Part shown: piece after piece, positions 1 to 16,689 of the stretch
How positions within the stretch are numbered: position 1 is the stretch's first letter
How the letters are laid out: every line of letters begins with the position of its first letter
Assembly (NCBI RefSeq): GCF_009914755.1
Contig: NC_060944.1
Length of the DNA: 64,000 nt
DNA from: the human T2T-CHM13v2.0 reference genome, Homo sapiens
Direction: 5' to 3' (one strand)
Translations under genes and position numbers: made by a program
Notes under the pieces: model-generated
What the model was told of the DNA's origin: nothing
The model's database searches: none
What the model saw: only the letters and a program-made list of their open reading frames with translations

Positions 1-948
1 TGGTGGCACTGCATTGCAATTGTGGGTACAAGATTCCTCCCCCACAAAACTGTGGGCTGAGGCAAGAGTTCTACCTTTTTATTACTACGCCTCTGACACT
101 CAGCACATATGAAGCACAAGCAAAATTTGATGACTAAGCTAAGTAATTAGTTCATATGTGTGATTAGGGTTTGAAAGGGCAGAACCTTGGACCTATGATC
201 CCAAATACCTTTGTCTATCTAGTTCACCTGGTTTTGTTCCTCCTCAGAAGCCATCTATCCTCCTTACCTTGGTTCATGTTTTCCTATCTCTCCATTTTAT
301 ACACATAAACCAACTCCTACCCTCAAATCAGGGAAAAGGGACAGATATTCCTGTCCTCAAGTTAAGAGTGACCTATGTCAAAGTGAAAAACAACTAAGCC
401 AAAAAGGTAACAGGGAACTGGCTTCTTGAGCACTCAGAAGAATTTGAGATTACTGCCTCGCGAGGGAAAAAGGGAAACCCAACCCGATTACAGTGTAAAA
501 ATAGGTCACTGCTTGAATACAGCCCTTTGGTTACTGGCTGCAAGCCCCTTTTTGCTTTTGACTCCAGTGTCACAAGAAAGTGGCAGCATAGTCTTAGAAT
601 AAGGGCTCCACAGCCAGCTGGCTGCTCGGCCAGGCCTTCCTGCTGGCATTCTAGAAGCAGCATGCAGGGCCAGGCACCTACTGGGGAGCTCAGTAAGCCT
701 TTGTCACTGCTGACATGAAATACAAGAGTTGGTAAGTTTCTTTGGTTTTGTTTTGAACAAACTGGCAGATAGTTCAAGGTTGTCCTTGTAAGTCTCTCTC
801 ACTTGCATTCAGCTATACATTGTTTAGTAGGAAATGAGTATAGTTCAGCTAGTTCACTTATCCCCATGCCAAACCAGCAGGCAGCCTCTTTTCCATGAGA
901 GACAGTTATAATTTTGAATTATTGTAATGCTGTACTTGCAGCAAACTC

Positions 949-1050
949 GGTGTGTGTGTGTGTATGTGCACACATGGCTGGGAGTGGGGGGTAGTGCCAA
1001 AATGTTGGTTCTATGGCAAACAACAACAACAAAACAAACAAACAAAAAAA
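949..1050. repeat. Short (GT)n followed by (AAC)n/(AAAC)n simple repeats
   Basis: gtgtgtgtgtgtgtatgtgcacaca at ~950-974; caacaacaacaaaacaaacaaacaaaaaa at ~1017-1050. Confidence 0.85.
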
Positions 1051-1097
1051 CCGGCTGTGTATAGCTAAAAAACATGGCCAAGAAAAAGGTAGAATAG

Positions 1098-3610
<2,513 letters not shown>

Positions 3611-4649
3611 GAAAATATGTTTTATTAACAAACAGCATATTTTATAATGGCGGTGATCAATATTTATTAAACACAAGGTTCTAGAGGGCTCTTCTGGTAG
3701 GATAATTCTAAGAAAGAGGTTCCAGATGTCAACTTACATATTCCCTTATAAAACACAGCCCTGGCTTACACAGTATCTGGTGTACATGTCTCTTCTCTCC
3801 AATGAACTATAAGATCTTTGAGGTAAGGGTTCAGTGCTGCACCACTCAGCTACACTAATGGCAATGTGCACACAGTGAGCACTCATTAAATACATCAGTT
3901 ACAGTTCACTTGCAGTTGCTTGCTTACTACCAAAAACCGGGGTCAATCATTATAAGCATTCCCATCCAACACCCAATTTGTTGCATGGGGAATGAACTTC
4001 AGTTTGGGTCCCTTGCTATTAAAGCACTCAATACCCATTATTTGTTTGCATTTATGTCGAACTCATAGATGCAGGATCTGAAAAGTTAAATGAAGCTTAA
4101 CATAGGCATCCAAATAAAATTAATTAGAATTTATATCTCAACTATTTCTAACAGAGTTTGAGTAACAAGACTCAACAGAAGGAAAACAGGGTAATAACAG
4201 AGACTAAGAGGGAAAAAAAGGAAGGCAGCAGGGAGTGAAGGCTGGAGAAGAGAAGAAGGAAGGAAAAGAAGGAGGGACAGAGGGTGGAAACATCTATCTA
4301 AGCAAGAGCTTCTTCCTCAAGTCAAAAATTTCTGCAAAAAACAACATCTTTTTGGACAAATTTACATGATGCTTCTAACATCTGCTCATTGTGAAAAATG
4401 CAGGATAAAAACCTACAAATTCAGTATTTTTAGTATTTTTATCTAAATTTATATTTCATCAAAACAAGATAAATTTGAGAAATATTAATACATATATAGG
4501 CAAGACATTTCCTTACTTTGCGGAAATATGCTCACATAAATAATCCATTCTTTGCCAAAATAGAGCCCTTCCAACACCTGTTCCCCAATCTCCAAGGCAG
4601 GGTCTTGGTCCATGGGTTAGAATCACTAAAACACACAAAATACAAGGAA

Positions 4650-5570
<921 letters not shown>

Positions 5571-5823
5571 AACAATTAGAATGCCCTCCACCCTTCACCT
5601 GGCACTGAATTTGACCCTGTGATTCCCAGTATCAAGGGAAAATATGGAAATGTATTTTAAGTGACACTATTTTTATCGTTTAACAAAGACAAATGTTTAT
5701 TCTTATACAGAGATAAATTCTTTTGAAGGGAAACCCAAGGAGAAGAATGTCTTGGAACTGTGTTTAAGAGAAAATAGGTAAAGCAGGAGGCTTAGTTTGG
5801 AAAGATGCAGTCACACTCAATAG

Positions 5824-6047
<224 letters not shown>

Positions 6048-6219
6048 AACAGGCCATTCCTACATGGATCCTCCAGAAGGCAGAGCATGGGACAGTAAAT
6101 CATATCATAATCCAGTGAAGTTACTTTGGCAGAGGGCTGAGATGATATAGCTCAGATGCTTTCCCTTCAAATCATCGAACTTACTGCAAAGAGTAGTAAC
6201 TCACATATCTTAGAACCCC

Positions 6220-7708
6220 TTTTTTAATGTTTATTTTTGTAGGTACATGGTAGGTATATATATTTATGGGTTACATGAGATATTTTGGTACAGGCATGTG
6301 ACGCATAATAATCACATCAGGGTAAATGAGGAATTAATCGCCTCAAGTATTTATCCTTTGAATTATACTGTTATTTGTAAATGTACGATTATTTTCTACA
6401 ATAGTCACCCTGTTGTGCTGGCAAATACTAGGTCTTATTCAATTTTTTTGTACCCACGAACCATCCCTATTTCCCCCCCGTCACTCACCCTACTACCCTT
6501 CCCAGCCTCTGGTAACCATCCTTCTACTCTGTATCTCGATAAGTTCAATTCTTTTAATTTTTAGCTCCAACAAATAACTGAGAACATGCAAAGTTTGTCT
6601 TTCTGCTCCTGGCTTATTTCACTTAACATAATGACCTCCAGTTCTATCCATGTTGTTGCAAATGACAAGATCTCATTCTTTTGTATCGTTGAATAGTACT
6701 TCATTGTGTATATGTACTACAGTTTTCTTTATCCATTCATCTGTTGATGGGCACATAGGTTGCCTTCCAAATCTTGGCTATTGTGAATAGTGCTACAATA
6801 AACATAAGTATGCAGATATCTCTTCGATATACTAATTTCCTTTTTGGGGGTATATACCCAGCAGTGGGATGGCTGGATTGTATGATAGCTCTATTTTTAG
6901 TTTTTAGAGGAACCTCCAAACTGTTCTCCACAGTGGGAAATTACATTCCCAGCAACAGTGTACAAGGTGTCCCTTTTCTCCATATCCTCACCAGCATTTG
7001 TTACTTATTGCCTGCCTTTTGGATAAAGGTCATTTTAACTGGGGTGAGGTGATATGTCCTTGTAGTTTTGATTTGCATTTCTCTGATAAATGATGCTGAG
7101 CACTTTTTCCTATGCCCGTTTGCCATTTGTATGTCTTCTGAGAAATGTCTATTCAAATCCCTTGCCCATTTTTAATGGGATTATTAGATTTTTTTCCTAT
7201 CGAGTTGTTTGAGCTCTTTATATATTCTGATTATTAATCCTTTGTCAGAAAGGTAGTTTGCAAATATTTTCTCCCATATTGTGGGTTGTCCCTTCACTTT
7301 GTTAGTTGTTCCCCTTGCTGTGCAGAAGCTTTTTAACTTGATGTGATTCCATTTGTTCATTTTTGCTTTGGTTGCCTGTGCTTGTCCAGGTATTACTCAA
7401 GAAATCTTTGCCCACTTCTGTTTCATGGGTCTATGTGTCTGTTTTTATGCCAATATCATGCTGTTTTGGTTACTATAACTCTGTGTATAATTTGAAGTTA
7501 GGTAATGTGATTCTTCCAGTTTTGTTCTTTTTGCTCTGGATAGCTTTGGTTATTCTGGGTTGTTTGTGGTTCCAATAAAAATTTTTGAATTGTTTTCTCT
7601 ATTTCTGTGAAGAATGTCATTCATATTTTGATAGAGATTGCATTGACTCTGTAGATTGCTTTGGGTAGTATGAACATTTTAACAATATTTATTCTTCCAA
7701 TCCATGAA
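6220..7708 (-). mobile_element. L1MA-type (L1MA2/3-like) 3' end with an internal deletion near 7415
   Basis: L1MA 3' UTR (gtacatggtaggtatatatatttatggg) followed by antisense ORF2 (MENSLEVPLK, ILMFIVALFTIAKIW); TSD ttaga(a)cccctt at ~6210 and ~7709. Confidence 0.88.
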
Positions 7709-7994
7709 TTAGACCCCTTATGTATCATATTTATAAAAGTAAGCTCAAGCACTTTAAAATCATGACCTCTAGAGTGTTTTAAATTACTGTCATTATCAGA
7801 TTATCCTCTGAGTGTGCATGTGTGTGTGTGTACATGTGTGCACCTGTCATTATTTCAAATTTTAAAATATTTGAGTGCTACTAGATGCTCAGCTCTAAGA
7901 GACAGGGTACAAGGAGGAAGAGTTCAAAACTATAGTTGTCTCTGCCCTCAAGAAGTGTAACAACTACTACTACCATCAACTGGATAAAATTATA

Positions 7995-8210
7995 GGATGT
8001 CAGGCACTGTGCTTTACATTTATTTTCTCATTTAATTTGATCCTCACAATAACCCTATGAGCTAAATATCAACTTGATTTTCCAAATTGGGAAACCAAGG
8101 CTTGAATGGCTAAGTCATTTGACTCAGTCACACAAGCAACAGGCAACAGCAAGGATTCAAAGCCAGGTACTCCCAATTCCAAAGCCTAGATTCTTAACCA
8201 CAGCACATCT
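7995..8210 (-). mobile_element. MIR
   Basis: tcctcacaataaccctatga, gaaaccaagg, ggattcaaagccagg, tcttaaccac. Confidence 0.8.
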
Positions 8211-9249
8211 GGCTGACAAGAAAACACAAACATCCATTAAGGGTGAGGAGTAGAAAGAGTATATTTACAGTGAAGAGCTAAGTCCTGAGATATGGAGTAA
8301 AGTGGCTTAGGAGAAATCAAAGAATGCAAATAGGGTGAGGAGGAGCCACATACACAGCTGTTAGCTTTGTGAACCCTGTGAACACTGATGCCTAACTGAT
8401 CAAACACAATCTGTCTGCTGGCCTCTGACCCATGATCTACTAGTGTACTATGTCTTTAGCCACTGACAGAATGGAAAACCAATGACGTTTTGACAGGCCT
8501 TAAGACCTTTCAAAGTTATCTCCAAGGATGGAATCAGCTCTTTCCCTGATGTGGACAGACTTCTATTCTGTTCTAGACATAAGGCCATATATGGAGGAAG
8601 TTTGAAATCCTCTGGCCAAATACTAGATAGTACTTCCATTGTTTAATAATTAAGTGATTTTTATAACCCTATCCCTAAGAGCATATGGCAATTGTCTTTG
8701 CCCACAGGATCAACTGTCACTAACCTTTTAGCTTGGTGGAAAAAGCTAAATGTCTTATAATGTCTAAAAAAATGTAATACCACTTCCTCTGTGCTTGTCT
8801 CCATGTACCAGGAAGTCGTGGGTCTAAGTGGATGTGGTGTCCCTCTCATGCCTCAGCAGTCCCTTTACAAAGCAGCAGACTTCTGGGTACCCAGGTCGGG
8901 GCAGACCTCCCAACCTTCAGGGTATGCTTCTAGGTTCCCAGTGCTCCAAGAGAGGGAGAAATACTTCCTCTATAAAATAATGGGGAGTCAGAGGCATATG
9001 GGATTTCCCTTTGCTTCCATGAAATTAGGAGAAAGCACCAACACTTTCTAGTAATTCCACAGTGAATAGGATGTGCTACCAGCCCAGCATCAGTAGGGCT
9101 TCTCTTCATTCTCAAGAAGTGTAATTACCTGACGTGGCTGCCTGGAATTAAGATTGCCGCTATCAAGGTAATAAGAAACAGTTCCATTCTTCCCCATGAG
9201 CCAATTATTATCAGGGTCACATCTGGAACCTTGGCTTCATTTTCCCGAT

Positions 9250-9465
9250 TCAATCCATATTTGAATGACCACTATGGACCAGGTTCTATGCTAACATCTC
9301 ACTGACTCAAACAGTCTTAGGAAATGGATATTATTTCTGTCTTACCTATGTGGAAGCTAAATAAAGCTCAGGAAAGTTATATCTTTTGTCACAGAGCTGG
9401 ACAATTATAGTTGGATACCAGACTGAATCTCCTGACACTATGTTCTGGGCTGACTCCACTATGTG
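9250..9465 (-). mobile_element. MIR (degenerate)
   Basis: MIR-core-like gctcaggaaagtt, gtcacagagctgg. Confidence 0.55.
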
Positions 9466-9827
9466 CCACTGACTCCCGTAGTGCTGAGGTTTGGGGCCTT
9501 ATAATATTATTATTATAATAACAATACATGGGATTTCAATGGTCATCCTCATAATCAAGCTCTTACTCTACTCTCAAAGGAGAAAGAACATATCATGTTG
9601 AAGGGGGCTATTAGAAGGCAAATGTGGTAAGTGCTGCAATGAATGGACACAAGCAGTTTAGAAACCCTATGACGAGGATCAACTCTGACTGGAGTGAGGA
9701 TGAAGGAAAACTTAAGAGATGTGAAGCCATCCACTGGGGAGGAGATGCTTTTGAGGTTAACAGAAGCTCTTAAACACAGAGTTGGAAGCAGGCAAACACT
9801 AAGGGATTCGTGGACCACCTCTTACAT

Positions 9828-10044
9828 CAGGGTTTCTCAATCTTTTTATTGACATTTAGGGCTAGATAATCCTATGTGCTGGGGGGCTGTCCTGTAAATT
9901 GCAGGATATTTAGTAACATCCCTGACTAGATGCCCACTAGATCCCAGTAGAGCACATTGTCCCCAGGTCATGACAACCAAAAAGTCTCCAGACACTGCCA
10001 AATATCCCCTAGGGGACACAGTTATCCCTAGTTGAGAACCAGTG
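9828..10044. mobile_element. MER20 (hAT-Charlie MITE)
   Basis: Ends cagggtttctcaa and ttgagaaccagtg; internal ggggggctgtcctgt, gacaaccaaaaagtctccagacactgccaaat. Confidence 0.9.
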
Positions 10045-10217
10045 CCTTTGGTGAAGATGTGCCAGAAACTGGGGATTGGCTAAATGCGGAGGCTGGGGAG
10101 GTGCAGAGCAAGAACAGGAAGCCATGAACCAGATAGGAAAGAGGGACAGATGTGTGACTCAAGTCCTCTCAGCAACTCCCTCAGGTATGGACTCTGACTA
10201 CCTTAAAGCAAACGGAG

Positions 10218-10347
10218 GGTCAGGCACAGTAGCTCACGCCTGTAATCCTACCACTTTGGGAGGCTGAGCCAGCAGGATCACTTGAGCCCAGGAGTTCAAG
10301 TCTAGCCTAGGCAATAGAGTAAGGCCCTGTATCTGTTTTTTAAAAAA
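10218..10347 (+). mobile_element. FLAM_C / Alu left monomer
   Basis: Single Alu arm with gatcacttgagcccaggagttcaag. Confidence 0.85.
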
Positions 10348-12412
10348 CACATATTTAAAAAAAGACAAATGGAGGCAAATAAGATCCCATGATGAGGGCC
10401 CTTTGATGAATGTCCAGTAGGACCCTGATTGGGAGTAGGACATTTATAAGTGGAGAGGATGGATTCTAGACCCACGCAGCTTGGAACAGAAAAACCCTTA
10501 CTCTCTTTCTCCTTTCAGTAAATCAAAGAAAGAGAAGACAACCAGGGGGAATGCTAATAGAATAGTCATAATGAACCTGGAATTCCCACGCCCATTTGGG
10601 AGGATTGGAGAGGAACTGGATAAGGAGAAATACTGATGTGTGTTGTGTCTGTGACTGCAGTGCCATCCTTACCTTCTCGGCCATCTCCTATTCCCTCACC
10701 TCTCACCCTTGGAAGGGTTTTGGCCCAGGAAAAGCAAAAGGAGTTGGGATACTTACTTCAGGGAGGGAGGAAGGAAAGAAAAGAAGGGAGTAGAGATGAG
10801 AGAATTCTGAGGTTCAAAAGATATCTATTGACAGTGTTCACAAAAAGGACCATGTTTCCCAGTAAAAAGAAAACAAGGTAAAGCTGAGGCTGGGGATGGG
10901 GGTTGAGGAAAGGGAAGGGGCCTACAAGTAAATGTTTACAAAATGCCCACTGAGTGTCAATTCTGGGCAAGGCACATTGCATGAGTCACCACCTTCAATT
11001 TTCACAGCATCATGTAATACCTATATATGAAGTGGTTATAACAAGCTCCTTTCTATAGAGAAGGAAAGTGAGGTTCAGAGGCATCTTCACAGACTGAGGG
11101 GACTCCCAGCGTGGCCAGGGGCTTGTTTGGCAGACTCCTCCATGCTGTGCCTCCTCACACTTCAGCACCCACAGCCTCTTGCCTCATGCAAGCTGTAGCT
11201 GCCTGCTTGTCTGTTTGCTCTGCAACATTAGAGCAGAGGGGCTCTAATCTGTGTCAGGTGCTGTGCTTTGAGTTCTGTGACTCTAGTATTTCCTTATGTG
11301 CCAGGCACAGGCCCCAGTGATACAAAGAAGGGAGCAAGAGTTAACGCTGAGGTGAACAAAGGACCCATGGAAGCCCAGCTGTGTGAATTTACAGCACAAC
11401 TAATGAGCACACCCAGTTACATAACTGCCTCTCCTGCTCTGCTCCTATGCTCAGCAGCCACTAGAGGAAAGCAGGGCTGTCTTTCTTTTCCTGTGCTATA
11501 TATAATTCCAACTGTTTGGGCAGGGAAATGTGCTACAGCTCCACAGCTCAGTTACATTAGATCTTAATTTTTTCTTAAAAACCTAGCAATTTCTAACAGT
11601 GATGCCACAAAGATAATAATACAGTAATCTTAAGATTGAGATACTTTACCCACATTTCCTGCACTTTTCTACCTTGAAAACACTCATTATTTCTGGTTCC
11701 ACTTTGAGAAGCAGCAAGCAAGGAAAGGGTGAAAATGTGAGATGCTGAAGAGACAGCTTGCAACATTCCATAATTACAGCCTTCAATGCTGGAACCTCAA
11801 GTCTCCAATATCAAATGGAACAGTACTTCCCCTTGGTATCTAACTAGGAGCTGATCCATTAACCAGGAATATATTTTTGATATAGAGTAGGCCAGTTTTG
11901 TTTCTGGTTCTTTTGCATCTCCTTTCCTAGGCCCTAAACACAGACTCCATGACCTCATGACAGTAGAATGAATGCTGCATAAAGAGAATCATTCATTCGT
12001 CCTGGGACTTCACTGAAGATGATTTTTGCTTAGTAAGCCTCTTCTTCAGATATAATACTAAAAGGTATGTTTTCTGAGACCTATTAAAGCACACATTTAC
12101 TAAAATTTACATTAAGTTCATGTCAGTCCTAAAAGGTTCTCTAATTTCTGAAAGCCATAGTCTGTTATTCTAATGTGAATTGTTACACACACATACAGAC
12201 ACACCTTGAACATTTTAAAATTACATTTATTTAAGCATACTCACTCACTCATACTTTTTGCCAATTTGGTTGGGCTTTCCCCTAAACCAATTCTTCTAAA
12301 ATGGTGAGACTTTAACAAATAAAATGATATAGCTGATATTTTCATAGGGTAATAGGTTAAGAAGAAAAAAATCCAGGCTTTTGAAATACTAATTGTATTA
12401 GCATTAATACTA

Positions 12413-12738
<326 letters not shown>

Positions 12739-12803
12739 CTAATATCTAAATATTAGCAGTACTATGATTTATAGACATGAACTCTTATAAAGAGTATGTA
12801 TAT

Positions 12804-13128
<325 letters not shown>

Positions 13129-13139
13129 TTATAGCAAGT

Positions 13140-13370
13140 ACTAGTCAAGGGTGGCATGTCACTGTGTTCAGAGTTGGATGAACCTGGGTTCTAATCTGGA
13201 CTCAGCTACTTCCTAGTGTAGGTCATTTGGGTCTTGGGCAAAGTATTGAACCTCCCAAACCTCAGTTCTCTTTTGCACAATGGAAATCATCTGAATATAG
13301 ACAAGATAGGGCCCACTATAAAAATTAAACAAGATAGTCTGTGTGGAAGTATCTTTAACAGGCATTAAGT
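13140..13370 (+). mobile_element. MIR
   Basis: acctgggttctaatc, cttgggcaaagt, cctcagttctc core. Confidence 0.7.
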
Positions 13371-13539
13371 GCCTGTTAAGTGTCTTTAACAGGAGAATTA
13401 AGTAGCATGTTCAGGCTTTTTGCCTCCTTCCTCTTCCCCTCCACTCCCCAGTGACCAACTTGCACCCTGAGTAAGGTTTTGCAGCACCATCCTTCTCCTG
13501 TGGCTTGTAAACCTCTGCAGTAACTTCAGCAATCTACAC

Positions 13540-14255
13540 TGCCTGCACCCTGCCCTCCCTGTATGCTCCCCTGAATCACAACCATATTTGCCTTTCTAGA
13601 GCACATATCATTGTCTTCAGTGATTCCCTGCAGGACAAAGTCTGCCCACTTCAGCCTGGTATCATGATCCTGTCTTAGTCTGGTCCAACCCACCCTTTCT
13701 GAACAGTTCCTTACAAACCCACATCTTCCTACCTCAACTCTGCCTAGGCCATTCCCCTGCTTCAAGCTCTTACAGAGCCTCCCATGGCCTACAGTATAAA
13801 TTCCTAACTGTTTCAGGTGGCATTTGAGACCGATGGTATCAGGTCCCTGCGCCTCTCCAGTTTCACTGTCTGCTACTCGTTTCCCTCCTTATACTTTACA
13901 CCCAAGCGTAAATCTACTTATAGTACCTGAAACCCCATGCTGGGTCATCACTCTTCAGCTTTACATATACTCCTCTCTTTGACGAGAATACTCTTCTCAT
14001 CCATTTGGCAAATTCTTCAACAGACTTCAAACCTCTCTCAAATGCCTCTACTTCTGTGGTACAGTCTGTCCAGAACTGTGTCTTGTACATTTTTCTACTA
14101 CTTTGCACCTGTGCCTGTCATACAACGATTTCTCCAGTTTCTCCGGTTTTTTTTTTGTAATTCACTGACCATTATTAATGTCTTCTCTGCTAAAAGTATA
14201 ACAACACTCAGCTTTGCACAGAGCAGTTACTTGAGAAATGTTTGCATTGCTGAAC
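13540..14255 (+). mobile_element. L2 3' remnants
   Basis: Pyrimidine-rich L2-like segments (ctcccatggcctacag, aaattcctaa), ending at an L2 3'-like gcacagagcag...aaatgtttg...tgaa. Confidence 0.6.
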
Positions 14256-14628
14256 ACAGGCAGCTTCCAATCTCATGGGAACATCAAATGAAATGCAGAG
14301 GATACATGCTATACAACACAGTCAAGAGGACTGAAAGCAGGCAGCAGGAGAATTCCACAATATTCCTGTTTAAAATGTTAAAATGTTGGTGGCTGCCAGA
14401 GCTCAGGAAAAGAAAATTTTTTTATGTGGTTACAGCTCACTCTAACGAGTCAATTACATTGACCTAAAGCCCATGGTGCTCAAAACTGTATTTCTCTCTC
14501 CAAAACCTCATTCTTTTATAAAGCTCCCTCCTCTGTGGAATGAATGTGGGCAATCGCTTTTGCAGTGTTTGACGATGCCAGTTTATGGCTATGTTTTTCT
14601 GTTCACTGAACTGGCTCATTTCTTCAGG

Positions 14629-14643
14629 AGAACAAACTGTTCT
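14629..14643. promoter_or_regulatory. Perfect consensus GR/AR/PR/MR response element (AGAACA-nnn-TGTTCT)
   Basis: Sequence AGAACA AAC TGTTCT in a block with no recognised repeat; motif match only, occupancy unknown. Confidence 0.55.
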
Positions 14644-16226
14644 CCACTGAAGCAGGAATTGGCTGGGTTCTAACAAAAAGATTTTTCCCCCCTGACAGTG
14701 TTTTTGCAAAAGACCCAAGTCAATTTATAGCCAAGTAACAAAAGGTCAGAAAGGTTAGTCAAGCAATGGGCGTAATTCCTGTGTGTCACAGCCAATAAAG
14801 GAAATGGGTGGGGATAAATAGTATGCAATTTTAACCTGAAATTATTTGTGCAAAACTATTCTTGTAAACTATACAAAATTACCCATGACTTCCACTATAT
14901 AGGATTTCTCACTCTGATTTTTTTAAAGGCACATTTACTTTGGAAGAACTGAGATGACCTCAAATTCCTCATTCACAAATGGAAAATGTTAAAAACTTTC
15001 TTCACACTAATATAAGAAAAACTTGGTCATTGTTTTGCAGCCCTGAAACAGAACTGTTCACATAAAAAAAAAAATCTCATAGTTAAGTCACAATTAAATA
15101 CAATTTGCATGACTGAATTTAAAATAAATTGCAAAATTCCCTTGCCAAAAGGGAAACAACATTGACCAAAAGGATAGGTCAAGAAAAGACCCTACAAAAG
15201 TGACAGTTCCTCTGTTTTAATCATGCTAAAAGTATAACAAACTACTGCATTATTCAGTGAGCATAAGAACAAGAAAAGCCTGCCTTTAAAGCAGACACGA
15301 AGAACTGACATCACCAGCCAAGCAAGCGGAAGGCAGATGAGTAATAGCCTGCACTGGGCGGCCAACCAGGCCCAGGCCCATCAGTCTGTGGAGTAAGAAA
15401 GCCTTTCAGATATCAAGGTCGTTGGGAGGCCTCCTTCCCCCAGTTCTCCAATACAAAGTCTAATCTACTCACCATTTAAAACAATCTTAGCATCCAAAAG
15501 ATGAATGGTTAAATAGAACCCTGTCACCGTTCAGACAAGATGGTCTAAACCCATTTCTCTCCCCACCTCCTTGTAAGCACAACTGTAAATCCTGAAAATA
15601 ACACAAAAGGCAACCAAAGGAGAAGTCTGAAAGAAAAAGGAAGGTGAATTACTTAGGGACCCAGGATTGGAGGAACAACATAGCAGCACATCTTATGACC
15701 ACACCCCCATTCAATAGAAGAAGGTGGCCGAGGGTGTTTCCCAACCCCCAACCTAGCAACAGAGGGCAGCAGAGGATTGAATGGGAGTTCTGCCGACAAT
15801 ACCAGGCCAGCTGGAAGCACCAACAAGGGGGATAGCTCAGGACCCCACTAACAATAAAGCAGTCTGGGGAAACACTTTTCCCCCCAACTACAGGGCCCCC
15901 AGGAAGCAAGCTGCATCCCAGCAGGATGGAGACTCCCTCCTCTACCTAGATATCAGGCAGCATGGCCTGGGGAAACTCCTTACCCCCATCAGACAGCACC
16001 AACAGGGACTAGTGGGAGCCGTGGCAGCACCAGATAAACCAAGTGGACCAAAAGAGTACTGCAAAGGCTCTGAAAAGTAAATCATCGTTGGAACCACAAG
16101 AGTAAATCCCAGCTCACATGCTGCATCTAAACACTGTGACTGCCTGCTAAAATGGAAGATTTAAATAGGACCCAGACTCTCTTAATAGACAAAATGTCCG
16201 AAGTAGATTTTAAAAAATCACCTGTT

Positions 16227-16336
16227 GGCCAGGCGTGGTAGCTCATGTCTGTAATCCCAGTACTTTGGGAGGCTGAGATGGTTTAATCATTTGAGGCCAG
16301 GAGTTCGAGACCAACCTGGGCAACATGGCAAAACCA
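16227..16336 (+). mobile_element. Alu left-arm fragment (J/FLAM)
   Basis: ggccaggcgtggtagctcatgtctgtaatcccag...gggcaacatggcaaaacc, then an abrupt end. Confidence 0.85.
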
Positions 16337-16689
16337 TGAAGATGGACTGAAAACAGACAGAACCTCCAACACTTATGAAACAATAGCAAAAGATCCAATA
16401 TTCATATTATCAGAGTCACAGGAGAGAATAAAAAGAAGGGCTGAAAGAGTATTCAAAAAGATAATGACTGAAAATTCCCCAAATTTGCTGAAGGACATAA
16501 ACCTAGATTCAGAAGGTGAACATATCCCAAATAGGATAAACTCAAAGAAATCCACACTAAGACACATCTTAATTATATTTCTGTAAATTAAAGACAAAGA
16601 ATAACTCTTGAAAGCAGAGAAAAACAACATACTACCTATAAGGGAATATCAAGCGACAACAGGTTTCTTATCTAAAACCATGGAGGCCT

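Noticed and set aside
9320-9375. Recursive splice-site-like TAG|GTAAGA on the minus strand (and TAG|GTAAC near 55391 on plus)
   Set aside because: The first is MIR-derived with a weak tract and a nearby upstream AG; the second has a weak donor. Such matches are expected by chance.
13937-14467. 176-aa ORF
   Set aside because: It starts in an L2-like remnant, has low-complexity L/F/S composition and shows no recognisable domain or exon structure.
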